This document shows positions 39,669-50,900 of a DNA stretch of 64,000 nucleotides, piece after piece. The stretch comes from a virus (taxonomy: Duplodnaviria > Caudoviricetes), in IMG/VR virus record IMGVR_UViG_3300033120_000868, positions 32,001-96,000 of that record; one strand, given 5' to 3'. Position numbers and translations under genes: made by a program. The number at the start of each line of letters is the position of its first letter. The stretch's first letter is position 1. The notes below the pieces were generated by a model that saw only the letters and a program-made list of their open reading frames with translations, made no database searches and was not told the DNA's origin.

Positions 39669-42407
39669 ATGGCGTTTGGCGTTAACCCAATAAAACAAGA
39701 TTTCGGACAAACTATTTCTACAGTGGCGGATGCGCAAAGAAACACTCAGTTTCAAACAGCACTACAAGAAAGGTTTGACGTAAACTCAGCAAAAATAGAA
39801 GAAGCTATACAAAGAGTATCTGCTATACCATTGTTAAGAGATAAAGATAAAGAGTATTTACAAAAGAATATGTCAAATATTTTAAACACTGTAAATGCTA
39901 ATATTAAAGCAAGCGGGGGTAGAAGTTTATTAAACAACAATATGTCGGGTCAGCTAACTAAGTTAGTTGGCTCTTCTATTGATGACTATTTAGTAGAACA
40001 GATGTCTATTTCAGCTCAAAAACAACAGTTTGATACTCAAGTGGCGGAAGAAAGAAAAAAAGATGCAAATACATTTAATGCAGGTAATTATCAATACTCT
40101 TTAGATAAGGCAGGATGGAATGAATATATGGAAGGTAAAGAAGACTCTTTAAAAGGAGGATTACAATACATACCATATTCAGATTGGAGTGCCAATGCTA
40201 CTAAAAAAGCCGCGGAATTAGCTAAACTAAAAGGTAAGAGAACTATTGAAATTGTAGATGAAGCAACAGGAAGAAAAACTATAAAATCAATAGACGGATT
40301 AAGACCTGACGAAGTGGCGGAATACTTACCAAACCTATTATCTTCTCAAGATTTACAGCAGATGCGTATTGATGGGTATATAAAAGGTAAAACAGACCCT
40401 GAAGGAACAAAGATGGAGTATGATTTACTACTTGATTCACAAATTACAAAAGCAACCGCATATAAAAAAGCAGCAGAAGCAACTTACAATTCATCTACAG
40501 ATGCCACTATAAAAGCAAATGCTAAAAGACAGATGGACAATTATGACGCAGTTATAAAACAGTCTGAGCAAAAGAAATCAAATGGAGATTTTGAATCTAT
40601 GGGTTATGATTTAGTCTATTCAAAAGGCAGAAACATATTAGTAGACCAACTGTCCACAGAAGAGTCTATATCTTATGAAATGGACGATGTATTTAAGTTT
40701 AATGCTGAAATGGCTATGGCAAAAGCTAAGTTAGAAGTAGATGCAGAAGCAAATGCAATAGCAAGTGGGACTTCTTTGGCAGGAATGGATGTAACACCCC
40801 TTTCTCAGGACAAAGAGAATATGAAAGTGGAGGATAAATATTCCGCTGTTAAAAATGAGCATGACCAATCTTATAACAGAATTGTAGGTATGGGGTTAAA
40901 TGTTTTAGAGGACAATACAGTTTCGGAAGATGTCAAAGCTAAATTTGAGGGAGAGCTATTAAGAAACGGCTTTAAAGTTGTAGAGCAAGGTGATGGAAAA
41001 TATTCAATAGAAAAAGACCCTAATGATAAAAGAGCTATAAGTAAAGCAAATGCTATTTCAGAAGCTATAAAAGTATCAAAAGCTTTACCTAAAGCAGAAA
41101 TGATACAATTAGATGAGCTTGTAAAAAATAAAAATTATATATCGAAAGCGTTGCATGAAGCAAATAAAGAATTTGGTAAAGATGTAGATACAGATGAGTT
41201 GGTAGATGATTTAGTAAGTGCTAAAAACACTTTGACAACCACATTACCTTTTAGAATGTTTGATGTAGTAGAGGGTTTATCAGATTTACGGAATGCTGTT
41301 AGTAGTATACCAAACATGATTAGTGGAGAAGGAGAACCTATTGAAACAAGTAAACAGAAAAGGCTATCCACTGCTTCAAAAATAAATAAGTTGATAGAAA
41401 GTAAAGGAGGGATAGACGGATTAAAAAAAGAAATGAAAGTTAACCCTGCATTAGCTCAACAAGTTGTCAATTTATTAGACGAATCTTCAGATGCTGATAG
41501 TCAAATCTCAAGAATAGATTATAATGGAGGAAAAGTAACAAGAAATCTAAAAAAAGCAGGAGAAAAATTAGATAAAATGGGATGGTCTTCTTTCTTTAAA
41601 GATAAGTCAGCTATACAAATCACATCTGAAAAAGCTAAAGAAGAGGTAGTAAACTCTATTGACCAAAATTTAATTCAAGAAGGAAAAGGTTTTGATACTA
41701 AAAAAGGAGGTATTACAGCTACACCTTATTACAACTCAAGAGGTGTTGTAGAAGGTTTTGATATAGTGCAATACAACACAGAGAATAAAGATGGTCAAGT
41801 GTTTACTAAAGCAAGAGTAGCGGTTTCAACTTTAGCAGGTCAAAAACTTATGTCTAAATTAGCTCAAGGGGATGAAAAAGATGCAAGAAAAGTACCTAAC
41901 AGTATGGAAATAACTCCTATGTATAAAAAAATAGAAAACCCTTTTCCTACAGATGTAGCTTCAACAGAGAGAGAGTATGATGATTTTATTTCTTTAGGTT
42001 TAAACAATGACCCTATTTTTAATTCTATATCGGTATTTTTTAATTCAGGAAAAGATGGAACAACAACAGTTAAGGATAATGTATTAAACTACGCAAAGTC
42101 TCAATTGTATGGAAAATATTCAGAAGAAGAAATTGAAGAGAGTATAAACAAAGTATCTGAAGGGTTTAGAACAGGAGAATACACTGCAAGTTTAAAGACA
42201 AATAAATTACCTTCACAAGGTACAGCTAAATGGGTAGCTACATTTGAAAAAGACGGTAAACCTATAGTACAACCATATAATTTTGTAAATACACCCAATC
42301 TTCCAAAAAACGCAGAAAATTACTTTAGAGCTTACCCACAATACGTAGCTTTAAACCAAATAATTGAAGCCTTGAAAAAAGGAACAGTAAAACCAACAGA
42401 CTTATAA
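39669..42407 (+). CDS. Internal virion (cargo) protein
   Basis: 912 aa, helical, no Cys, in the ejection-protein cluster. Confidence 0.65.
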   Translation: MAFGVNPIKQDFGQTISTVADAQRNTQFQTALQERFDVNSAKIEEAIQRVSAIPLLRDKDKEYLQKNMSNILNTVNANIKASGGRSLLNNNMSGQLTKLVGSSIDDYLVEQMSISAQKQQFDTQVAEERKKDANTFNAGNYQYSLDKAGWNEYMEGKEDSLKGGLQYIPYSDWSANATKKAAELAKLKGKRTIEIVDEATGRKTIKSIDGLRPDEVAEYLPNLLSSQDLQQMRIDGYIKGKTDPEGTKMEYDLLLDSQITKATAYKKAAEATYNSSTDATIKANAKRQMDNYDAVIKQSEQKKSNGDFESMGYDLVYSKGRNILVDQLSTEESISYEMDDVFKFNAEMAMAKAKLEVDAEANAIASGTSLAGMDVTPLSQDKENMKVEDKYSAVKNEHDQSYNRIVGMGLNVLEDNTVSEDVKAKFEGELLRNGFKVVEQGDGKYSIEKDPNDKRAISKANAISEAIKVSKALPKAEMIQLDELVKNKNYISKALHEANKEFGKDVDTDELVDDLVSAKNTLTTTLPFRMFDVVEGLSDLRNAVSSIPNMISGEGEPIETSKQKRLSTASKINKLIESKGGIDGLKKEMKVNPALAQQVVNLLDESSDADSQISRIDYNGGKVTRNLKKAGEKLDKMGWSSFFKDKSAIQITSEKAKEEVVNSIDQNLIQEGKGFDTKKGGITATPYYNSRGVVEGFDIVQYNTENKDGQVFTKARVAVSTLAGQKLMSKLAQGDEKDARKVPNSMEITPMYKKIENPFPTDVASTEREYDDFISLGLNNDPIFNSISVFFNSGKDGTTTVKDNVLNYAKSQLYGKYSEEEIEESINKVSEGFRTGEYTASLKTNKLPSQGTAKWVATFEKDGKPIVQPYNFVNTPNLPKNAENYFRAYPQYVALNQIIEALKKGTVKPTDL

Positions 42408-42408
42408 T

Positions 42409-45400
42409 ATGGTAGATATAGAAGATTTCAAAAAACAATTAGATTTAGCTTTCCCAACAAAAACTCCACAACAAGAAAAAGTTTTTGCTGAAATGGATGT
42501 AGAATCTAAAAAACAAGAATATGCTAACAAACTAAAAATACCTTCTGCACCAAGTTCAGGAGGTTTTTTAGATACCACTAAAATTAAATCTGAGCCAGGG
42601 TTAAGATTAGAAACTCCTAATTTTAATGTAGACGAAATATTTAGTAAAACTAACTCAGGAGAGTATATTGCTAAGTTTGATACTTACACACCTGGAATTG
42701 ATAATTATGATAAATTTTCAAGAGAGCAAACTACAGGAGATAAATGGTTGAATGGGGCAACTCAATTCACACAAACGGTTGTAAATTCTATAGCAGGTTT
42801 AGGTAATCTTGTTTATGGTACAGGTGCTATGATTAAAGAAGGGGAATTATCTTCTTTTTATGATAACGACTACATGAATTGGTTGGACGATGTTTCTGAG
42901 AAAAGAAGACTTAACAATCCGATTTACAAAACTTATGAAGAGCAAGAGATGGGCTTTGGAGAAAGCTTAGGTACAGCTTCTTTTTGGGCAGATGACTTTT
43001 TACAAGGAGCTTCTTTTACAGCAGGAATGATTGCTTCTGAGCTTGTTTTAAGAGGATTAACAGGAGGTGTCGTTGGAGGAGTTGGTTTATCAAGAGCAGG
43101 TCTTTCAGCAACTACTCAAGGAGCTTCTAAAATGAACACATTTAAAAATGCAATGGGACTTGCAAGAACCGCAGCGGTAAAACCTATAACAACAGCTATG
43201 TCAAATGTCCTTCCTAAATTAGGAGGAGCTACATTTGGGGCTAACTTAGGTAAAGTAGCTAATATTGTTAGAACAGGAGTTACTTCAGCAGGATATGAAG
43301 CAGGATTTGAAGCTCGTCACTTTATGCGTGAAATGAGAGCAAATTTTGAAGAAGATTTTATTGAAGCTAATGGAGTAGCACCAACAGAAGAAGACAGAGC
43401 AGAGTTTGAATCAGCTTTAAAATCAAAAGCCAATGGTTTGTTTGCTTTCAACGTAGCAGTTGTAGGTGCAAGTAATATAGCACAATTTGGCTCGGCTTTA
43501 GGGTTAAAACTTCCTAAAGTTAAAGGTTTTTCTTCTAATCCTGATAGTTGGATAAATAGAAAAGTATTTGGAGTCGGTGTACAAGACGGAGCTATTGCTA
43601 CAGCAACAATGGGTAACAAATTAGCAAGAGTAGGATACACTTTTGGTAAGAATGCTTTTTTAGAAGGTTTTGTGGAAGAAGGTTTGCAAGGAGTAGGTTC
43701 TAAAACAGCAGAAAAAATGCTGAAAGATTCTTATAGCTTGAATAATGCAAATCAAACTATGGGATATGCTAATGCTTTCTATCAATCTATGTCTGAACAA
43801 TATGGAACAGAAGAGGGGCTAAAAGAAGTTTACTTAGGAATGCTTATTGGAGCTATGACAGGTAGTGCAACTAATTTAGTTACAGCAAGAAGTTTAGCGG
43901 ATGGTAATTTTAAAGTATTAGACCAAAGAGCTAAAGGAATTGAAAAACAACTATTAAAAGGTGGGAGTTATTCTGCGGATAATATGGCTACAAGACTTTT
44001 ATCAGCAAATAGAACAGTAGCGAATAAAAGAGACGAACAAAAAGCTATTCAAGAAGGAGATATTTCAGGAGTACAAACAGCAAGGCATTCTGAAATGTTC
44101 AATCAAACTTTAAGAGGTATTGAATTAAATTATTTAGACCAAATTAAAGAGCAAACTTTACAGCAGTTAGATGTATTATCTGACGCGGAGATTGCAGAAA
44201 TGGCGGGAGTAGAAGTATCAGAAGCTTCAAGAATTAGAGAGGAATTAAAGAACGAATACAAAGCAGAAACAAAAGTAATTGAAGACACTATTAATGCTTC
44301 TAAAGAATTAATAGCAGGCTCACTTAATAAAGGTGAATATAATTTTGCGATTGAGGAGTTTCAAAAAAGAGGGTATAGTAAAGAGATGGCTAATGCTACA
44401 GTGGCTGATATGCTACAGAAATCTTTAGCTTATGAAATGTACATTGGTAAAGTAGCTTATGAACAAGCTGATAATTTCTTAAACACTTTCTTAAACGAGG
44501 TTCAATCTTCAATTGGTTCAACAAGAGTAAAGAAAAGTTTTGGTATCAATGACACTTTAAATCGTTCAGGAAAAGCTGCGAGAAGGAATTTTAATAAAAC
44601 TAAGAAAGAGTTACAACAAACTGTATCTGAATTAGAGCAGTTAGAAAAAGATTATAGAAGAGTTGAAAACATTATTTCTCAAACAACAGCCGAAACAGGT
44701 AATAGACAACAGTTAGTAGGGCAACTAAATGATTTAGTAAATAAAAGAGAAGAGTTAAATAAAAGAAAACAGGAGTTAGAGGCTAATGCAAATGCTTTGC
44801 TATCTTCTGCTAAATTGGAAACCCCTTTTGGAGCTACAGTAGACGCTACAGAGATTACAGCAGATGAAATTTTATCTTTTGAAGAAGATATTACAAAAAC
44901 ACTTGAAGACCTAAGAAAGGTTTCTCCTGAAAAAGCTGAAAGACTTGGGGGTATGTTATATGAATATCAAAAGTCGGTTAATGCCTACAAGACATTAGAC
45001 AAAAGAGTGAAACAATTAACAGACCCTAATGTAGGACTAAGAACTAAAAAAGGATTATTACCTTCTTTGTTTGGAAGAAAAACTCCAAATGAACAGACTG
45101 CCGAAATGATTAGGGGGCTTATAAACACTCACTATCAATTAGACAGAAACACTCAAGAAGGAGTAGAGAAGGCTGTTACCAAAGCAGCGGAAGAGCAATT
45201 AGTTGAGGCAGGAGTGGATAAGAAAGAAATTTTAGACTATTTAAAAGACCAACCTTATTTATTTGAGCAGTATAATGAATCAACAGAGAATATCATACCA
45301 ACTGAAGCTGAGATTGAAGAATACTATGATTTTGCTCAGAGAAATATAGCAGGAGAAGAACCCTTAACAGACGAAGAAAAGGTAAGATTTGAAGAGCTTA

Positions 45401-47796
45401 ATACAAAGTTAGCAAATTGGTATTTAACTGAATCTACACCTTTAGCAGATATCTTAAAACAGCAAGCTTTAAGAGAGACAAAAGTTGAAGAAACAGTAGA
45501 AGATGTTTTAACAGATGAAGATGTTGATGGGATGCTTGAAAAAGATAGAAAAACAAGCAGACCTTTCAATTTTTTACAGACCGTGCAAGATGTTTATTTA
45601 CAGTTTTACAAAGATAGTAATACATACTATTTTTCTCACCTGTCACCAAGAGGATTTTTAAAATTTATTGGGGCGACAACAGATTTAAAAGTACAAAGAA
45701 AAGATAGTAAAAAAGTTGAACCTTTTTCTTTAGACGATGAATTAAAAACAGGGGATAGAGTATTCTTTGGAAACAACATGTCGTTTGCTTTAGAGGACGG
45801 AGCGAGAATAAAAATTGTAACATCAAAAGAGAACTTTAATTCTTTCGGTTTTAAAACAAGAATGACAGCAAGTGGATATAGTGTAGTTTACGATGGAGAT
45901 AAAGTTATGAAATCTGATTATGCAGATATAGACACTTACTCACCTCAAGAAATAATGAGGTTAGCTAATGGAGATGAAATATTTGCTTTTATAGATATGG
46001 AAGATAGTTATAATCAATCTCTAACAGAAGAAGAGTTTGAGCATAATGTTAAAATATCTTTCAGAGACGCTCAAGGTAATAAAATTGCAGATTTAAAAGC
46101 TTTACATTTAGCAGAGGCACAAGATACTTCAGAAATACCTGTTAAGTTTTTAGAAGCTCGTGCAAAAGCAAAAGAATTAGCTTGGGGTAAAACAGGAAGT
46201 ATTGAGTTAGGAAATGTAACAGTTGAAACAGTATTTTTAGGAGCTCCAAACGTAGTTTTAGAAAATGGAGTAGAGAAATGGCAACCTGTTGATGAAAATT
46301 TAATAGAAGACTCAGGAATGTGGAATGGAAGTAAATTAGTAACTAAGAATGGCACAAAAGGGATAAGAACAGATTTACTAAAAGGTATTGATAAGAAAGT
46401 TCCTGTTGTAATTGTAAAAGTTGGAAACACTTTAATTGCATATCCTGTTAGAGGAGGAAAAGTAGCTTCTAATATAGCAGAAACTTTCACTGAAAAAGGA
46501 GCTAAATTAGCATTAAAAATTAATGAAACTCTTATTAAAAATGGTAAAAAACCTGCTCAAATATATTATAATTCAGAGACAGACCAAAACATGTATTCAG
46601 AGGATGGAACGCCAACTCAAGAATTGCAAGATGCTTTAGACAGAGTTAACAGTATAACAACAGAATCAACAAATATAGCAGAAGCTGAAATAAACATTGA
46701 TTTAAATGGTATACCGTTCTTAGCTCCAAAGATGGCAATTAACTTGGACAGTTTCCAAACAGTTAATGTAGCACCTGTAGGGCAGGCAACCTCCCAAAGT
46801 AATATAACTAGTGAAACAAAAGTAGAAGAGGTTTTAACACAGGAGCAAAAGGATAATTTAGAAAAAGCTAAAAAAGGAGAGAAAGCTTCTCCTGCTAAGA
46901 CTATTTTTAATTCTGTACAAGATTTACTGAAACACTCAAAATCACTGTTAGGTAAAACTTTTAACGTAAAAGGATTAAATGTTCAATTCGTTGACTATAA
47001 AGGCGAGGTTTTAACAGGAGCTGGTCAAAGAGTTTTTGTAAAAGTTTTAATAAATGGAGTTCCTGTAACGTTTTATAGTTCGACAGGTTCAGGCAAGAAA
47101 GCTTTACAAGAAGGAGTTTTTTATCCAACATTAGGTATAGAGGCAGACGAGAGATTTAATGGAACTTGGATTAATAAGATAGACGGTGTTGAAATGGCTT
47201 CTTATTATGACTCTGCTTCATTAGCAGCAGTAGGAGCTTTTATAGATTCTCAATTTGGAAACACTAATGGTTTTGCAGGAAGTATAAATCAAAACACAAC
47301 TGACTTACAAAATCCTAACAAAGAAGCCTTAACTAAAGAAAAAGCTTTGGAGATTAGAAGAGAGTATAACAGTGAATATTTAAATAGCGGTAGAGAAACT
47401 TTTTCAAATAATCAAGCTAAAGAAGTTACACAAGCTTTTAAAGATTTAGTTAATGAGATAAGAGGAAAAGTTAATAATACTCAACCTGCTCAAAAACCTA
47501 AAAGCAGATTAGACTTACAAGATGATTATTTTACTTTAGATTTTAAAACGTATGCTTATTTTAGAGATACAAATGGTGATGTTTATACAAAAGAAGTTGG
47601 AGAAATAGCTAGAGCTAAAACAATGTCTAACATGGTAAAAACTCTACCAAAAGCAGAACAAGAAAGAGTAAAACAAGCATGGACAAAGCAACCAGCAGAT
47701 TACTTTGAAAGTGAAAATTTTGAGAAAGTTGTACCAAACGTAGGAACAAGTTCGCGAACAAAACAAGGTAAGAAAAATAAAGATAAAGAGTGTTAA
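42409..47796 (+). CDS. Giant internal virion protein 1
   Basis: 1795 aa; Gly/Ala-rich hydrophobic N-terminal region (EGFVEEGLQ), coiled coils; sole Cys is the last residue. Confidence 0.75.
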   Translation: MVDIEDFKKQLDLAFPTKTPQQEKVFAEMDVESKKQEYANKLKIPSAPSSGGFLDTTKIKSEPGLRLETPNFNVDEIFSKTNSGEYIAKFDTYTPGIDNYDKFSREQTTGDKWLNGATQFTQTVVNSIAGLGNLVYGTGAMIKEGELSSFYDNDYMNWLDDVSEKRRLNNPIYKTYEEQEMGFGESLGTASFWADDFLQGASFTAGMIASELVLRGLTGGVVGGVGLSRAGLSATTQGASKMNTFKNAMGLARTAAVKPITTAMSNVLPKLGGATFGANLGKVANIVRTGVTSAGYEAGFEARHFMREMRANFEEDFIEANGVAPTEEDRAEFESALKSKANGLFAFNVAVVGASNIAQFGSALGLKLPKVKGFSSNPDSWINRKVFGVGVQDGAIATATMGNKLARVGYTFGKNAFLEGFVEEGLQGVGSKTAEKMLKDSYSLNNANQTMGYANAFYQSMSEQYGTEEGLKEVYLGMLIGAMTGSATNLVTARSLADGNFKVLDQRAKGIEKQLLKGGSYSADNMATRLLSANRTVANKRDEQKAIQEGDISGVQTARHSEMFNQTLRGIELNYLDQIKEQTLQQLDVLSDAEIAEMAGVEVSEASRIREELKNEYKAETKVIEDTINASKELIAGSLNKGEYNFAIEEFQKRGYSKEMANATVADMLQKSLAYEMYIGKVAYEQADNFLNTFLNEVQSSIGSTRVKKSFGINDTLNRSGKAARRNFNKTKKELQQTVSELEQLEKDYRRVENIISQTTAETGNRQQLVGQLNDLVNKREELNKRKQELEANANALLSSAKLETPFGATVDATEITADEILSFEEDITKTLEDLRKVSPEKAERLGGMLYEYQKSVNAYKTLDKRVKQLTDPNVGLRTKKGLLPSLFGRKTPNEQTAEMIRGLINTHYQLDRNTQEGVEKAVTKAAEEQLVEAGVDKKEILDYLKDQPYLFEQYNESTENIIPTEAEIEEYYDFAQRNIAGEEPLTDEEKVRFEELNTKLANWYLTESTPLADILKQQALRETKVEETVEDVLTDEDVDGMLEKDRKTSRPFNFLQTVQDVYLQFYKDSNTYYFSHLSPRGFLKFIGATTDLKVQRKDSKKVEPFSLDDELKTGDRVFFGNNMSFALEDGARIKIVTSKENFNSFGFKTRMTASGYSVVYDGDKVMKSDYADIDTYSPQEIMRLANGDEIFAFIDMEDSYNQSLTEEEFEHNVKISFRDAQGNKIADLKALHLAEAQDTSEIPVKFLEARAKAKELAWGKTGSIELGNVTVETVFLGAPNVVLENGVEKWQPVDENLIEDSGMWNGSKLVTKNGTKGIRTDLLKGIDKKVPVVIVKVGNTLIAYPVRGGKVASNIAETFTEKGAKLALKINETLIKNGKKPAQIYYNSETDQNMYSEDGTPTQELQDALDRVNSITTESTNIAEAEINIDLNGIPFLAPKMAINLDSFQTVNVAPVGQATSQSNITSETKVEEVLTQEQKDNLEKAKKGEKASPAKTIFNSVQDLLKHSKSLLGKTFNVKGLNVQFVDYKGEVLTGAGQRVFVKVLINGVPVTFYSSTGSGKKALQEGVFYPTLGIEADERFNGTWINKIDGVEMASYYDSASLAAVGAFIDSQFGNTNGFAGSINQNTTDLQNPNKEALTKEKALEIRREYNSEYLNSGRETFSNNQAKEVTQAFKDLVNEIRGKVNNTQPAQKPKSRLDLQDDYFTLDFKTYAYFRDTNGDVYTKEVGEIARAKTMSNMVKTLPKAEQERVKQAWTKQPADYFESENFEKVVPNVGTSSRTKQGKKNKDKEC

Positions 47797-47802
47797 AGAG
47801 AG

Positions 47803-47828
47803 AGGAGTTCAGAAATGAGCTCCTTTTT
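47803..47828 (+). terminator. Intrinsic terminator
   Basis: AGGAGTTC-agaaat-GAGCTCCT then TTTT. Confidence 0.75.
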
Positions 47829-47894
47829 AACTTATTTTAATATTTAATTTTTTTGTTGTATATTTGCGTATCAAAAAATAAAATTGTATATTTG
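47828..47894 (+). promoter_or_regulatory. TAACTAATTT-class promoter plus a tandem plain promoter
   Basis: TAACTTATTT 47828 with TATATTTG 47859; second TATATTTG at 47887. Confidence 0.7.
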
Positions 47895-47910
47895 CATAAA
47901 ATTAAGATAA

Positions 47911-50900
47911 ATGAACTGTAGAATAATTTACAAAGATAGTAAAATAGACCACGTACAAGCTGAAAATGGAGAAAGAAGTATTCTTTTTGATTCTCTTAAA
48001 GATATTTTTGGCGCGGAAAAAGCTTTAGAATTGTATGCTTTAACTGAAGAAGACGGCTACAAACAAAAAATACAAGAAAAAGTAAGAAGTTTTGTAGGAG
48101 TTACAGAAAAACAAATAGATAAACTATCTGAAGCAATTGATGCACAAGAAACATTAAATAAACTTGTAGAAACAGGTTTAGCTGATAACGTATATCAAAT
48201 GACTTCTGAAGAGATAGAAGCTAAGTTAGTTGAACTTGGAGTGGAAGCTGATGTGGCTAAACAGGTAGCTCAGTCAGGAGGATATTATTCTAACGCTAAT
48301 ACTGCATTTGCAAATTTAAAAGACAAAAATGTTAAAAATGTACAAGGTTGGATGAAAGCCCTAACTGACGTACAAAAAAATGGCGGAATAAAAAATGTAA
48401 ATCAAGAACTTGAATGGATAGGTCTTGAAGATTATTTAAATAACTACGTAAAAGAAAACAACCCAAAAGCAGGTAACATCCCTTCTTCTGTGGTTGAAGA
48501 TTATATTAAGTCAAATCAGATTGAGATTGTTGATGTTACTAAGGGAAACAATATTGTACAACAAGAGATTGAAGATAACAGTAAAAGATTAGATTTCATC
48601 ATTAACGAGTTAGATAATAAATATCTTTTTGATGAAAGCGGTAATAGAGTTCACTATATTAAAGATGAGAATCTACCAAAAGAAGCTGTAGCTTTAATAA
48701 TTGAGAGAGAAGAACTTAAAAAAAGAAACAGAGAACTTTTAAAATTAAATCAGAAAGACACAAAATACTCAGGATACCAACTAAAAGGAGCAGAAAACTA
48801 CAGAGAGGTATTGTTAACAGTTCCAAAAATAGGGCAAGAAAAAAACAGACAAAACCAAATAGATTTTGTAGATTCATTAAAGAAAAAATATAATGTTAAT
48901 ACTGTTATAGATTTAGATAAAGTTGTAAATGATGAGGAAAGAACTAAATGGGAAGAATTAACGACCAAAGCAAATATATCTCCTGAAAAGGATAATAAAT
49001 ATTTTAGTAGTCATTGGGAGGAAGCTAATATTTTAGCTCACGTAAGGTTAAATGAAAAAACTTTACCTGATGGACGTAAAGTGTTGATTGTTAATGAAAT
49101 TCAATCAGATTGGGCACAACAGGGGAGAAAGGAAGGATTTAAAAGAACAAAACAAGCTCAAAATGAACTTATAGCAGAGCATAGAAAAGTATTACAAGAT
49201 TTAGAAGAATTAGACGTACAAATAATCGATGCAGTAGATAATAAAAAACCTAATATTTTAGAACTAGGAGAAAAGAAAGCGGAATTAATTAAAAAATCAG
49301 ATGAATTAAGAAGTGATATTTTTAAACCTCGTGCTCCTCAAATGCCTTATAAAAACACAGACCAATGGACTGGAATTGTTGTAAGAAGAGTGATGCAAAT
49401 GGCTTCACAAGAAGGTTATGATGGAATTGCTTTTGCTACAGGTCAACAGTCTGCTGATATGTATAGTTTATCTAATCAAGTTGAAGTTCTGTATTACAAA
49501 AAGAATGAAGATGGAACTTATGAAGTAGATGCTGATTTAAAAAATGGAGATAATAGAAACATTGGCGAATCTGTAACAGAAGATAAACTTGCAGACTATG
49601 TAGGTAAAGAGGTTGCAAACAAAATTATTGCAGGAGAAGGTACAAACTCCCCATCTCGAATGGATGAAGGTTATAAGTTTTTAAAAGGTTTAGAACTTGA
49701 AGTCGGAGGAGAAGGTATGAAAACTTTCTATGATAAGATTGTACCTAAAGTAGTTCAAAAAGAAGCTCAAAGATTTGATAAAAACGCTAAGTTAGAGACT
49801 GTCGATTTTAGTGATAATTTTACTTTTAGTAAGAAAGAGTTAGATGATTACACGAATTATTTACTAAACAAATATAATTTAGATAAGACAGGGAGGTATA
49901 GAATATTAATAGGGAAAAATGCAACAACAGAAGAAGTAGCTAAATATAAAAACTTATTAGAGAATTTTAGAAAAGATAATGATAGTAAGACATCTCAAGG
50001 TGATAAACTATCTTTAGGAGTACAACCATACTTACCACTAACACAAGCTATAAAAGATTCAGTTAATCAAGGTATACCTCAATTCCAAAAATCAGGAATA
50101 ACTCCAATTACAAACGGGTTTATTTATAAGAATGATGTATATTTAAATAAGAATGCAGATGAATCTACAATGGTACATGAGTTTAACCATTTATACAACA
50201 ATTGGTTAAAACAAAACCGTCCTGAAGTTTATAAGAAAGGTTTAGATTTAATTAAGGAGGAGTTAAAAAAGAAGAACAGTGAAATCCAAGACATAATCAA
50301 TTTTGTAAAAACTAATCAACCAAAATTAGAAGGAGATGCACTTTTAGAAGAGATTATTACCGAAATGGTCGGAAGGAAAGGGCTTGAATTATTAAATGAG
50401 CAAAAAGATAAAGTAAAAAGCTCAGGAATAATTGACTATTTAAAACAAGTTTGGCAAGAAATTAAAAATATGTTAGGATTATCATCTTACACAGATGAAC
50501 AAATCCTAAACATGAATTTACAAGATTTTGCCAACGCTTCTGCTGTAGATTTATTGAGTGGAGAAAACATAGGAAGATTCTCAACAGATAGTAATGACAT
50601 TAGGTTTAGTCAAACTATACCAACATTTAAAGGAAATGCTGATATAGAGAGAATAAAAAAACTTAATAAAAAAGGAAACGAAGATGGAGCAACATTTAAT
50701 TTAGATGGAAGTACTTATGATAAGGGAGGTTTAATTATACCTGTAATTAGTTTAAATACTACTCAAAAGGAGTTATCGAAAGAGCTTATAGAAAAGTTTA
50801 TTCAGGAAAATTCAAGTAAGATTGGAGCTGATAATATTAAAGTAGGTATTTTTAAGTTTGAAGATTCTAATGAAGTATCTATAGATTTAAATGTAGTAGT

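Noticed and set aside
45514-45530. DEDVD in giant protein 1 (also DADPD in protein 3) as RNA polymerase catalytic motif
   Set aside because: In acidic linker-like sequence, without the aromatic DFDxD pattern or double-psi-barrel context
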